64,000 bases of DNA from the NCBI GenBank assembly GCA_051294905.1, contig CM119372.1:32056001-32120000 (forward strand), in the 5' to 3' direction. The notes beneath the pieces are model-generated. The model was not told the DNA's origin, ran no database searches, and saw only the letters and a program-made list of their open reading frames with translations. The position numbers were made by a program, and so were the translations under genes. This document shows positions 21,326 to 35,330 of the stretch, piece after piece. Origin of the DNA: Botryllus schlosseri (lineage: Eukaryota). Numbering within the stretch: position 1 is the stretch's first letter; the number at the start of each line of letters is the position of its first letter.

Positions 21326-22441
21326 TAGGGATGGTGTGAACTTCTGAAAGATTCAGGTTCGTGTGAGCGCGAACCTTTTTGAAAGGTTCTGTGTGAACGC
21401 GAACGCGAACCTTACGACGTCACGTGACGTCATATTGCTAATTCCAACCCTACATCTCAGTGAAGTGTGATATATATTGTTGATGAGCATAGTCATTCGA
21501 ACTCTCGCAATATTGCTGACGATATCCCCTGACGAGGGTCAGCCGAAAAGCTTCGGGAATAAATATGAATATTTTATTCAAATGTGTTATGATGTTCTGA
21601 TATATTAATGTAGAACACGATACCTAATGACGACTCGGGTCACATTATGCCACAATGCTGAAGTACATACTGACTTTTTAAACGTCACCAAATGTATCAA
21701 CTGGAGCAAGCAAATGATATATTAATCCCATAAAATCAATATCTTCCGTCGCTTTGCCAATAATTTCGACGATAACTTGCAAGGGAATATATGCTTACGC
21801 CTTAGCGGTCTAGGCCAGACCGGGCAATGTATTCGTAGTATTAGTAGTGTTGCTATGTTGATATTGAGCAGAGTGTAAAACGGGTTTTATCCCATTAACA
21901 AGTTATACAGCAGTAGCCAACACCCCCCAATCGCAGGGATTTGGTTTTTATAAATACAATAAACATATGAAATCGAGATGGACCCGTACGCTTGATAAAT
22001 TTTTTACATCAGACAACAATATCAATTTCAGTGATTGTTCGAATAAGTATCATTCGTTGACTACCTACATGTAGCGTATTTCGCACTTGATGTTGTGGGA
22101 TTACGGGTCATGCTCACAGCAGAAAGTCACTAAATATTAACAAACAGAAAGCTGGATATTTAGAGCAAACTTTTGTAACAAAGAAGGTAAAAATTTTGAG
22201 GTTGTCAAAGTGCATGCTCGTTTGGTGTAGATTTTTTATGCTGCCAGCGCCATGCATAGAGTGGTCCGTAGTTGAAACGCAATAAATTTCGACCAAAAAT
22301 GTTATAATGACGTGTAAATTGTAATATGTGAAAGGTTCACAGTACAGAACCTGCCAATGTTCGTTTGTGAACGTGAATCGCTAAATTTCCGAGGTTTACA
22401 CACAGAACGCGAACGTGAGCCTCACGTTCACACTATCCCTA
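21326..22441 (+). mobile_element. hAT-type MITE (TAGGGATGGTGTGAAC) carrying a 122-bp hammerhead-containing insert
   Basis: TIRs, and TSD GTAAACAC / GTAAATAC; repeated at 26738-27853 and 32151-33266. Confidence 0.85.
21525..21558 (+). ncRNA. Minimal hammerhead ribozyme motif, second family (copy 1)
   Basis: TCCC-CTGACGA-G-GG(TCAG)CC-GAAA-AGCT-TC-GGGA followed by ATAAA; core intact, stem II only 2 bp, palindrome AAGCTT in place of stem III. Confidence 0.75.
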
Positions 22442-23102
22442 GTAAATACTGTAAAAAGTAAATAGTTTCACCTAAAAACTATATAATATAAGCGGAAGTA
22501 ACCGAAACAAAGCCGTTTGTGTGGTCCGTGGACATATGATCAATGAAAAGGCGACATAATAGCATGAAACGCTTGGGCATGCGACATTTGTGCATTCGTC
22601 AAGTGAACAAGTGTGGGTTAAATTGCAGGTTAGGGTTGGGCACTGTCATTTCGTAAATGTATTTTACTCAAAAACTACAAAATATCAGGTAATTGATTTT
22701 CCAGAAAGGTTCCGAAATCGTGACATCGCAGCTGTACATTTCGACATTTCGTCTATGCGGAACAGCACTACGCATACTTACCAATTTCCGAAATTGTTCA
22801 GATCTCCATAATTAAAACATTTCAGTTTGGCGTGTACTGAGAAAAATCAAACAAATATTTCCGAGCATGACACGTGCTCGACGATAAGCATCGTCGTTTC
22901 GGATTCATTTTATCGACCCATTATTTTCTAATAAACGGGTTAAATATGCATGTTTACCCGCGAGTATACCGACATGTAACATGATAATTCTACTTGAAAC
23001 TTTGGTCAATACCTGATCTCATGTCATGTGTATGATCCCATAATTTCGCCGCAATGTCCATGTAATTCGGGTTTCGCATCGATTGCCGACATTCACATAT
23101 TA

Positions 23103-23835
23103 CACTAGCCAAAAAAATGTTTTTTGAGTGCCAAAAATATTTTAATGGTTTCTGGGTATTTCGGGCTGCTGATTCTGGAAATGACATCCGTTTTTTCGAA
23201 TTGGCTCTACTTTTTGAGATATCGATATTTTTTATTTATTTATGTTTTATTGATTTTATTTAATAAGTAGAATACTTGGAATTACGCAGATTTAGAATCT
23301 GCTCTGCGATCTGTGCCTCCCTCTGAGGAAGTACCCGACTCAAAGACAAAAACTGCCTTGGAAAGAGAGCTTGAATAACATTTTACCGTACATGAGAGAA
23401 AGAATTACTTCCGTATTTTAACCATCAAGATGAACTTTTTTACTGCAAAAACGTCGACGGGCTTCTGCTGAAAATGGAAGTTCAACAATATAGACCTCAA
23501 GAGTGGCGCTTATTCATGGACATTTCGAAAAGGAGTTTGAAATGTGTATTGGTACATAATTGTAACAGATATGCATCTGTGGCCCTGTGGCGCTTATTCA
23601 TAGACATTTCGGAAAAGAGTTTGAAATGTGTATTGGTACATAATTGTAACAGATATGCATCTCTTCCAATTGGCCACCAAATAAAACTACAAGAAGAGTA
23701 CAACTGCATTAAAACGGTATTACAGAAACTGGATTATGACTCTCACAAATGGTTATCTGTGTAGACTTGAAAATGGTGTATTTGTTGCTCAGTCAGGAAA
23801 GCGACTATACAAAATACCAATGTTTTATCTACTTG
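23103..23835 (+). pseudogene. Left part of a second Chapaev3-like element with decayed transposase (also at 28515-29247 and 33928-34660)
   Basis: TTA-CACTAGCCAA left end; QEWRLFMDISKRSLKCVLVHN...LPIGH...DLKMV...YTKYQCF, with an internal 81-bp duplication and a frameshift. Confidence 0.75.
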
Positions 23836-25395
23836 CGTGGTAGTTTTTTCCTAATTTTATACTGCGCTTAAATAGATATTTGACTATGAAGTACCCTCAT
23901 GTCGTTCTCAGTCATTCTATTAATATTAACATGACATGATGCGAAATATTTGTTTGTCAAAAAACAGTTTGTCGAGCCTAAAAATTGTACTTTTGCACAA
24001 CGGAAATACATATTCTCCTGTATCAATTGGTCATTCTACCAAGATTAAAGAGGAGAATAAAACTATTAAACTTGTCCTTGAAAAGCTTAAATACAATACT
24101 CATATTCGTCTCATTTCTTTTGACTGGTAAATGTATACAACAAAGTGGGTATACCTAGTACCTCTATCAAACGAGAAGTTTAAATCTGGTATTTGGTATA
24201 TTTGAATACCGATGAAAGATTCCAATTTCACATTAGGAAGGAGCTCGCTTCAAGTAATTTCTCCTAAGATGTAGTAAATAAAGTTTTTAGATAAACACAA
24301 AGCGCTCAACTACAAACAGTTGGTCCGAAACTTCGTATCTGCATATCGAAAACTTGAGCACAGACATGAGCATAAAAGTACACTTCCTGTTCAGTCACCT
24401 TCATATATATTTCCTGATCATCTTGTGATTAGCAAGGGGAGAGGTTCTACCAAGACATTAGAACAACAAATGAAAGATATCAGGGCAGATGAGATGAAAA
24501 ATTGAACATATCAGGGCAGACCATTACCGGAAGCTTTTGAGAAACCGCACTAAATAGCTTACAGGCAAAATCGTACAAAAAACAATTGAGCTTTAAAATA
24601 AATTAATAATGTTATATACCAACTGATTAATTCAAATTTACAATAGGTGGTTGACGTAAAACTGATTGAATTAATGCCACGTGAGTATCTAGGTAAATAC
24701 CTATATACATGACTGGAGTTTATTTATGTACATGATATCCGTGAAAGTCTGTAACTATGATAAATCTGTTGCCCCTAAATATAGTGATGTTGCTGTATTT
24801 TGATTTAAAAGAGTATTCTGTGTGTAAAAATAACAAATATATTGAATTTCGTAACTTTACAGTACGACTGAGCCGATTTTATATCTAGTCATTGCCGCGA
24901 AAATGGGAGGTTTTGGTAAAAATAGCTCCATGGGCTATCTGCACAATACGAGCCTGAAATAACTAAGGTCATATTCGGAATCAGTGCCCTTCAGAACCCC
25001 CAAAACCACTCCTACTTTTCTGCCTAAAAATATGTGTTGACCGGTGTAATCATTCTTTTATGAAATATTAATTTCTGACTCGATACATGGAAGACGCACG
25101 TGAAATGAGAAAAATGACTAATCCTTTTCTCGTTGATATATTGACTGTCATTGCTTTTGAAATGGGGCGATACTGAATAATGACTTACAGTTTTGATATA
25201 TTATGAGCTGAGAAGAGAACGAAGATTAAGTTAATAATCAATCGTTATGAGTATTTCTTACACGTCAACACGAGCGAAATAGCGGGATCCGAATGTCCAT
25301 GAGAAAATCTGGCGAGTCCGTGATTATTGGTCATAAGACGATGATCCAAATATCCATTAATATTAGTATTAATAGCATACAGCATGTCTGCAAAT

Positions 25396-25945
25396 AGGGT
25401 TGCATTTAAAACAAAAAACGATAGAAAACAAACATGTTTAAAACTTTGCCCTTTTGTAAAACATGTTTTTTCATCGTTTATTTTAGTCATGACGTCAAGA
25501 ATATTTAATTGCGACGTCACATTGGATCGGTATTGACGATTGGAAATATAGGGCAAATATGACTCCTGTAAAAAAGGCTTCCGACCCTGTCTTAAACGGA
25601 CCAAAACATATCGTTAACCAGGACTGCATCGTTATGCAGCATAGTCTGTTATCATCATCAGAACACATCATTCCGTACCATTGATCTATATCTATACGTG
25701 CTATAACTGTTGGAAACGACAACGATTTCGAGGGTTTCGACCATTTCATATCGTATACGTCGATTATATCGGGTGCAAATCGTCAGTAGGCTTATGCTAC
25801 GTCCTTTTCTAAGGTATTTTTTATAATTGTGGCATAATTATACTACTTAACAAACACAATTGTTTTAAATTGCAGTTTTAACGGTTTTTAAAACATGTTT
25901 TAAACGGGGTGTTTTACATAATCATTTGTTTAAATGCAACCCATA
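25396..25945. mobile_element. Fold-back MITE (also at about 30811-31360)
   Basis: GGGTTGCATTTAAA...TTTAAATGCAACCC inverted termini with AAAACATGTTT subterminal motifs; TSD not clean. Confidence 0.6.
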
Positions 25946-26936
25946 CTTACAAAGCGCATAATTTACAAAGATAGGTCTAACTGTATTAGTGATTATAAGA
26001 GAACGGGATTTCCTAGTTTCGCACATGAGGTGATTGGATATCGTGAATATACTTTAGTTTAGGGGCGAACATCTGCATGGCTATTGCAAGACACACCAAC
26101 ACCGCGCCAGAACACACCAAGACATAGGAAGTTTCGGTCCACATGCGACTCCGCAATGTATGCTTTCAAACATATCGGCTGCGATAAAACATTGGCCAAA
26201 AATCTCAGCCACATCTATAGCCGAAAATCTTGATATAGTGATATATCCAGTGACCTATCTCAGTCTCAAGGTACAGATGCGACCACAGTAAGATATTGCA
26301 CCCCACTAGGAAACGAGACATGGCACAGCTATACACAAATGTCGTCAAAGTAGTGGGCGTACTTACTCGTATAGACGTAAAATTCGTACGCTAAATCTCA
26401 TCTAAATCACAAAGTAAGTAGCGATTACCAACGCCAGTCGAAACTACATAATGCGGCTGTAGAAAATGGAAGTACTCAAGTAAGCATTTTAGTTGTAACT
26501 TGCGGATGCTTTGTAGTCAATCGTAAAAAGGCTGATGTTGAAATTGCAAGATAAATATTCGCTACGAACACAAATTGATTAAAGGCCACCGCAAATGGGT
26601 GGCATTTTCGAAGGTATGTTTAGTTACTCTGCTAAAGTAGCTATTTCTCACGATTGTTATGTTAATGACTCGCATGAAAGTGATCCAAATCTAACCCAAT
26701 GCAATTACTACTTTTTAAAATATCATGGTGTAAACACTAGGGATGGTGTGAACTTCTGAAAGATTCAGGTTCGTGTGAGCGCGAACCTTTTTGAAAGGTT
26801 CTGTGTGAACGCGAACGCGAACCTTACGACGTCACGTGACGTCATATTGCTAATTCCAACCCTACATCTCAGTGAAGTGTGATATATATTGTTGATGAGC
26901 ATAGTCATTCGAACTCTCGCAATATTGCTGACGATA

Positions 26937-26970
26937 TCCCCTGACGAGGGTCAGCCGAAAAGCTTCGGGA
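26937..26970 (+). ncRNA. Minimal hammerhead motif, second family (copy 2)
   Basis: Identical to 21525-21558. Confidence 0.72.
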
Positions 26971-29900
26971 ATAAATATGAATATTTTATTCAAATGTGTT
27001 ATGATGTTCTGATATATTAATGTAGAACACGATACCTAATGACGACTCGGGTCACATTATGCCACAATGCTGAAGTACATACTGACTTTTTAAACGTCAC
27101 CAAATGTATCAACTGGAGCAAGCAAATGATATATTAATCCCATAAAATCAATATCTTCCGTCGCTTTGCCAATAATTTCGACGATAACTTGCAAGGGAAT
27201 ATATGCTTACGCCTTAGCGGTCTAGGCCAGACCGGGCAATGTATTCGTAGTATTAGTAGTGTTGCTATGTTGATATTGAGCAGAGTGTAAAACGGGTTTT
27301 ATCCCATTAACAAGTTATACAGCAGTAGCCAACACCCCCCAATCGCAGGGATTTGGTTTTTATAAATACAATAAACATATGAAATCGAGATGGACCCGTA
27401 CGCTTGATAAATTTTTTACATCAGACAACAATATCAATTTCAGTGATTGTTCGAATAAGTATCATTCGTTGACTACCTACATGTAGCGTATTTCGCACTT
27501 GATGTTGTGGGATTACGGGTCATGCTCACAGCAGAAAGTCACTAAATATTAACAAACAGAAAGCTGGATATTTAGAGCAAACTTTTGTAACAAAGAAGGT
27601 AAAAATTTTGAGGTTGTCAAAGTGCATGCTCGTTTGGTGTAGATTTTTTATGCTGCCAGCGCCATGCATAGAGTGGTCCGTAGTTGAAACGCAATAAATT
27701 TCGACCAAAAATGTTATAATGACGTGTAAATTGTAATATGTGAAAGGTTCACAGTACAGAACCTGCCAATGTTCGTTTGTGAACGTGAATCGCTAAATTT
27801 CCGAGGTTTACACACAGAACGCGAACGTGAGCCTCACGTTCACACTATCCCTAGTAAATACTGTAAAAAGTAAATAGTTTCACCTAAAAACTATATAATA
27901 TAAGCGGAAGTAACCGAAACAAAGCCGTTTGTGTGGTCCGTGGACATATGATCAATGAAAAGGCGACATAATAGCATGAAACGCTTGGGCATGCGACATT
28001 TGTGCATTCGTCAAGTGAACAAGTGTGGGTTAAATTGCAGGTTAGGGTTGGGCACTGTCATTTCGTAAATGTATTTTACTCAAAAACTACAAAATATCAG
28101 GTAATTGATTTTCCAGAAAGGTTCCGAAATCGTGACATCGCAGCTGTACATTTCGACATTTCGTCTATGCGGAACAGCACTACGCATACTTACCAATTTC
28201 CGAAATTGTTCAGATCTCCATAATTAAAACATTTCAGTTTGGCGTGTACTGAGAAAAATCAAACAAATATTTCCGAGCATGACACGTGCTCGACGATAAG
28301 CATCGTCGTTTCGGATTCATTTTATCGACCCATTATTTTCTAATAAACGGGTTAAATATGCATGTTTACCCGCGAGTATACCGACATGTAACATGATAAT
28401 TCTACTTGAAACTTTGGTCAATACCTGATCTCATGTCATGTGTATGATCCCATAATTTCGCCGCAATGTCCATGTAATTCGGGTTTCGCATCGATTGCCG
28501 ACATTCACATATTACACTAGCCAAAAAAATGTTTTTTGAGTGCCAAAAATATTTTAATGGTTTCTGGGTATTTCGGGCTGCTGATTCTGGAAATGACATC
28601 CGTTTTTTCGAATTGGCTCTACTTTTTGAGATATCGATATTTTTTATTTATTTATGTTTTATTGATTTTATTTAATAAGTAGAATACTTGGAATTACGCA
28701 GATTTAGAATCTGCTCTGCGATCTGTGCCTCCCTCTGAGGAAGTACCCGACTCAAAGACAAAAACTGCCTTGGAAAGAGAGCTTGAATAACATTTTACCG
28801 TACATGAGAGAAAGAATTACTTCCGTATTTTAACCATCAAGATGAACTTTTTTACTGCAAAAACGTCGACGGGCTTCTGCTGAAAATGGAAGTTCAACAA
28901 TATAGACCTCAAGAGTGGCGCTTATTCATGGACATTTCGAAAAGGAGTTTGAAATGTGTATTGGTACATAATTGTAACAGATATGCATCTGTGGCCCTGT
29001 GGCGCTTATTCATAGACATTTCGGAAAAGAGTTTGAAATGTGTATTGGTACATAATTGTAACAGATATGCATCTCTTCCAATTGGCCACCAAATAAAACT
29101 ACAAGAAGAGTACAACTGCATTAAAACGGTATTACAGAAACTGGATTATGACTCTCACAAATGGTTATCTGTGTAGACTTGAAAATGGTGTATTTGTTGC
29201 TCAGTCAGGAAAGCGACTATACAAAATACCAATGTTTTATCTACTTGCGTGGTAGTTTTTCCTAATTTTATACTGCGCTTAAATAGATATTTGACTATGA
29301 AGTACCCTCATGTCGTTCTCAGTCATTCTATTAATATTAACATGACATGATGCGAAATATTTGTTTGTCAAAAAACAGTTTGTCGAGCCTAAAAATTGTA
29401 CTTTTGCACAACGGAAATACATATTCTCCTGTATCAATTGGTCATTCTACCAAGATTAAAGAGGAGAATAAAACTATTAAACTTGTCCTTGAAAAGCTTA
29501 AATACAATACTCATATTCGTCTCATTTCTTTTGACTGGTAAATGTATACAACAAAGTGGGTATACCTAGTACCTCTATCAAACGAGAAGTTTAAATCTGG
29601 TATTTGGTATATTTGAATACCGATGAAAGATTCCAATTTCACATTAGGAAGGAGCTCGCTTCAAGTAATTTCTCCTAAGATGTAGTAAATAAAGTTTTTA
29701 GATAAACACAAAGCGCTCAACTACAAACAGTTGGTCCGAAACTTCGTATCTGCATATCGAAAACTTGAGCACAGACATGAGCATAAAAGTACACTTCCTG
29801 TTCAGTCACCTTCATATATATTTCCTGATCATCTTGTTGATTAGCAAGGGGAGAGGTTCTACCAAGACATTAGAACAACAAATGAAAGATATCAGGGCAG

Positions 29901-32349
29901 ATGAGATGAAAAATTGAACATATCAGGGCAGACCATTACCGGAAGCTTTTGAGAAACCGCACTAAATAGCTTACAGGCAAAAATCGTACAAAAAACAATT
30001 GAGCTTTAAAATAAATTAATAATGTTATATACCAACTGATTAATTCAAATTTACAATAGGTGGTTGACGTAAAACTGATTGAATTAATGCCACGTGAGTA
30101 TCTAGGTAAATACCTATATACATGACTGGAGTTTATTTATGTACATGATATCCGTGAAAGTCTGTAACTATGATAAATCTGTTGCCCCTAAATATAGTGA
30201 TGTTGCTGTATTTTGATTTAAAAGAGTATTCTGTGTGTAAAAATAACAAATATATTGAATTTCGTAACTTTACAGTACGACTGAGCCGATTTTATATCTA
30301 GTCATTGCCGCGAAAATGGGAGGTTTTGGTAAAAATAGCTCCATGGGCTATCTGCACAATACGAGCCTATTTGAAATAACTAAGGTCATATTCGGAATCA
30401 GTCACCTTCAGAACCCCCAAAACCACTCCTACTTTTCTGCCTAAAAATATGTGTTGACCGGTGTAATCATTCTTTTATGAAATATTAATTTCTGACTCGA
30501 TACATGGAAGACGCACGTGAAATGAGAAAAATGACTAATCCTTTTCTCGTTGATATATTGACTGTCATTGCTTTTGAAATGGGGCGATACTGAATAATGA
30601 CTTACAGTTTTGATATATTATGAGCTGAGAAGAGACGAAGATTAAGTTAATAATCAATCGTTATGAGTATTTCTTACACGTCAACACGAGCGAAATAGCG
30701 GGATCCGAATGTCCATGAGAAAATCTGGCGAGTCCGTGATTATTGGTCATAAGACGATGATCCAAATATCCATTAATATTAGTATTAATAGCATACAGCA
30801 TGTCTGCAAATAGGGTTGCATTTAAAACAAAAAACGATAGAAAACAAACATGTTTAAAACTTTGCCCTTTTGTAAAACATGTTTTTTCATCGTTTATTTT
30901 AGTCATGACGTCAAGAATATTTAATTGCGACGTCACATTGGATCGGTATTGACGATTGGAAATATAGGGCAAATATGACTCCTGTAAAAAAGGCTTCCGA
31001 CCCCTGTCTTAAACGGACCAAAACATATCGTTAACCAGGACTGCATCGTTATGCAGCATAGTCTGTTATCATCATCAGAACATCCATTCCGTACCATTGA
31101 TCTATATCTATACGTGCTATAACTGTTGGAACGACAACGATTTCGAGGGTTTCGACCATTTCATATCGTATACGTCGATTATATCGGGTGCAAATCGTCA
31201 GTAGGCTTATGCTACGTCCTTTTCTAAGGTATTTTTTATAATTGTGGCATAATTATACTACTTAACAAACACAATTGTTTTAAATTGCAGTTTTAACGGT
31301 TTTTAAAACATGTTTTAAACGGGGTGTTTTACATAATCATTTGTTTAAATGCAACCCATACTTACAAAGCGCATAATTTACAAAGATAGGTCTAACTGTA
31401 TTAGTGATTATAAGAGAACGGGATTTCCTAGTTTCGCATGAGGTGATTGGATATCGTGAATATACTTTAGTTTAGGGGCGAACATCTGCATGGCTATTGC
31501 AAGACACACCAACACCGCGCCAGAACACACCAAGACATAGGAAGTTTCGGTCCACATGCGACTCCGCAATGTATGCTTTCAAACATATCGGCTGCGATAA
31601 AACATTGGCCAAAAATCTCAGCCACATCTATAGCCGAAAATCTTGATATAGTGATATATCCAGTGACCTATCTCAGTCTCAAGGTACAGATGCGACCACA
31701 GTAAGATATTGCACCCCACTAGGAAACGAGACATGGCACAGCTATACACAAATGTCGTCAAAGTAGTGGGCGTACTTACTCGTATAGACGTAAAATTCGT
31801 ACGCTAAATCTCATCTAAATCACAAAGTAAGTAGCGATTACCAACGCCAGTCGAAACTACATAATGCGGCTGTAGAAAATGGAAGTACTCAAGTAAGCAT
31901 TTTAGTTGTAACTTGCGGATGCTTTGTAGTCAATCGTAAAAAGGCTGATGTTGAAATTGCAAGATAAATATTCGCTACGAACACAAATTGATTAAAGGCC
32001 ACCGCAAATGGGTGGCATTTTCGAAGGTATGTTTAGTTACTCTGCTAAAGTAGCTATTTCTCACGATTGTTATGTTAATGACTCGCATGAAAGTGATCCA
32101 AATCTAACCCAATGCAATTACTACTTTTTAAAATATCATGGTGTAAACACTAGGGATGGTGTGAACTTCTGAAAGATTCAGGTTCGTGTGAGCGCGAACC
32201 TTTTTGAAAGGTTCTGTGTGAACGCGAACGCGAACCTTACGACGTCACGTGACGTCATATTGCTAATTCCAACCCTACATCTCAGTGAAGTGTGATATAT
32301 ATTGTTGATGAGCATAGTCATTCGAACTCTCGCAATATTGCTGACGATA

Positions 32350-32383
32350 TCCCCTGACGAGGGTCAGCCGAAAAGCTTCGGGA
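32350..32383 (+). ncRNA. Minimal hammerhead motif, second family (copy 3)
   Basis: Identical to 21525-21558. Confidence 0.72.
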
Positions 32384-35330
32384 ATAAATATGAATATTTT
32401 ATTCAAATGTGTTATGATGTTCTGATATATTAATGTAGAACACGATACCTAATGACGACTCGGGTCACATTATGCCACAATGCTGAAGTACATACTGACT
32501 TTTTAAACGTCACCAAATGTATCAACTGGAGCAAGCAAATGATATATTAATCCCATAAAATCAATATCTTCCGTCGCTTTGCCAATAATTTCGACGATAA
32601 CTTGCAAGGGAATATATGCTTACGCCTTAGCGGTCTAGGCCAGACCGGGCAATGTATTCGTAGTATTAGTAGTGTTGCTATGTTGATATTGAGCAGAGTG
32701 TAAAACGGGTTTTATCCCATTAACAAGTTATACAGCAGTAGCCAACACCCCCCAATCGCAGGGATTTGGTTTTTATAAATACAATAAACATATGAAATCG
32801 AGATGGACCCGTACGCTTGATAAATTTTTTACATCAGACAACAATATCAATTTCAGTGATTGTTCGAATAAGTATCATTCGTTGACTACCTACATGTAGC
32901 GTATTTCGCACTTGATGTTGTGGGATTACGGGTCATGCTCACAGCAGAAAGTCACTAAATATTAACAAACAGAAAGCTGGATATTTAGAGCAAACTTTTG
33001 TAACAAAGAAGGTAAAAATTTTGAGGTTGTCAAAGTGCATGCTCGTTTGGTGTAGATTTTTTATGCTGCCAGCGCCATGCATAGAGTGGTCCGTAGTTGA
33101 AACGCAATAAATTTCGACCAAAAATGTTATAATGACGTGTAAATTGTAATATGTGAAAGGTTCACAGTACAGAACCTGCCAATGTTCGTTTGTGAACGTG
33201 AATCGCTAAATTTCCGAGGTTTACACACAGAACGCGAACGTGAGCCTCACGTTCACACTATCCCTAGTAAATACTGTAAAAAGTAAATAGTTTCACCTAA
33301 AAACTATATAATATAAGCGGAAGTAACCGAAACAAAGCCGTTTGTGTGGTCCGTGGACATATGATCAATGAAAAGGCGACATAATAGCATGAAACGCTTG
33401 GGCATGCGACATTTGTGCATTCGTCAAGTGAACAAGTGTGGGTTAAATTGCAGGTTAGGGTTGGGCACTGTCATTTCGTAAATGTATTTTACTCAAAAAC
33501 TACAAAATATCAGGTAATTGATTTTCCAGAAAGGTTCCGAAATCGTGACATCGCAGCTGTACATTTCGACATTTCGTCTATGCGGAACAGCACTACGCAT
33601 ACTTACCAATTTCCGAAATTGTTCAGATCTCCATAATTAAAACATTTCAGTTTGGCGTGTACTGAGAAAAATCAAACAAATATTTCCGAGCATGACACGT
33701 GCTCGACGATAAGCATCGTCGTTTCGGATTCATTTTATCGACCCATTATTTTCTAATAAACGGGTTAAATATGCATGTTTACCCGCGAGTATACCGACAT
33801 GTAACATGATAATTCTACTTGAAACTTTGGTCAATACCTGATCTCATGTCATGTGTATGATCCCATAATTTCGCCGCAATGTCCATGTAATTCGGGTTTC
33901 GCATCGATTGCCGACATTCACATATTACACTAGCCAAAAAAATGTTTTTTGAGTGCCAAAAATATTTTAATGGTTTCTGGGTATTTCGGGCTGCTGATTC
34001 TGGAAATGACATCCGTTTTTTCGAATTGGCTCTACTTTTTGAGATATCGATATTTTTTATTTATTTATGTTTTATTGATTTTATTTAATAAGTAGAATAC
34101 TTGGAATTACGCAGATTTAGAATCTGCTCTGCGATCTGTGCCTCCCTCTGAGGAAGTACCCGACTCAAAGACAAAAACTGCCTTGGAAAGAGAGCTTGAA
34201 TAACATTTTACCGTACATGAGAGAAAGAATTACTTCCGTATTTTAACCATCAAGATGAACTTTTTTACTGCAAAAACGTCGACGGGCTTCTGCTGAAAAT
34301 GGAAGTTCAACAATATAGACCTCAAGAGTGGCGCTTATTCATGGACATTTCGAAAAGGAGTTTGAAATGTGTATTGGTACATAATTGTAACAGATATGCA
34401 TCTGTGGCCCTGTGGCGCTTATTCATAGACATTTCGGAAAAGAGTTTGAAATGTGTATTGGTACATAATTGTAACAGATATGCATCTCTTCCAATTGGCC
34501 ACCAAATAAAACTACAAGAAGAGTACAACTGCATTAAAACGGTATTACAGAAACTGGATTATGACTCTCACAAATGGTTATCTGTGTAGACTTGAAAATG
34601 GTGTATTTGTTGCTCAGTCAGGAAAGCGACTATACAAAATACCAATGTTTTATCTACTTGCGTGGTAGTTTTTCCTAATTTTATACTGCGCTTAAATAGA
34701 TATTTGACTATGAAGTACCCTCATGTCGTTCTCAGTCATTCTATTAATATTAACATGACATGATGCGAAATATTTGTTTGTCAAAAAACAGTTTGTCGAG
34801 CCTAAAAATTGTACTTTTGCACAACGGAAATACATATTCTCCTGTATCAATTGGTCATTCTACCAAGATTAAAGAGGAGAATAAAACTATTAAACTTGTC
34901 CTTGAAAAGCTTAAATACAATACTCATATTCGTCTCATTTCTTTTGACTGGTAAATGTATACAACAAAGTGGGTATACCTAGTACCTCTATCAAACGAGA
35001 AGTTTAAATCTGGTATTTGGTATATTTGAATACCGATGAAAGATTCCAATTTCACATTAGGAAGGAGCTCGCTTCAAGTAATTTCTCCTAAGATGTAGTA
35101 AATAAAGTTTTTAGAATAAACACAAAGCGCTCAACTACAAACAGTTGGTCCGAAACTTCGTATCTGCATATCGAAAACTTGAGCACAGACATGAGCATAA
35201 AAGTACACTTCCTGTTCAGTCACCTTCATATATATTTCCTGATCATCTTGTTGATTAGCAAGGGGAGAGGTTCTACCAAGACATTAGAACAACAAATGAA
35301 AGATATCAGGGCAGATGAGATGAAAAATTA

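Larger units (their letters stand above)
20732..25046 (+). mobile_element. Chapaev3-like element interrupted by a 2.9-kb insertion
   Basis: TIR CACCGGTCAA...TTGACCGGTG with TAA on both sides (20729-20731, 25047-25049), i.e. CAC/GTG termini and a TWA TSD. Confidence 0.75.
20933..35330 (+). repeat. Near-identical tandem array, unit about 5412 bp, 2.66 copies, ending at the gap
   Basis: Units start at 20933, 26345 and 31758; the same small ORFs recur at +5412/+5413; the differences I saw are mostly 1-4 bp indels. Confidence 0.97.

Noticed and set aside
26150..26340. Possible coding sequence in the unique part of the tandem unit
   Set aside because: Only weak, frameshifted resemblance to a LINE RT region; not supportable.
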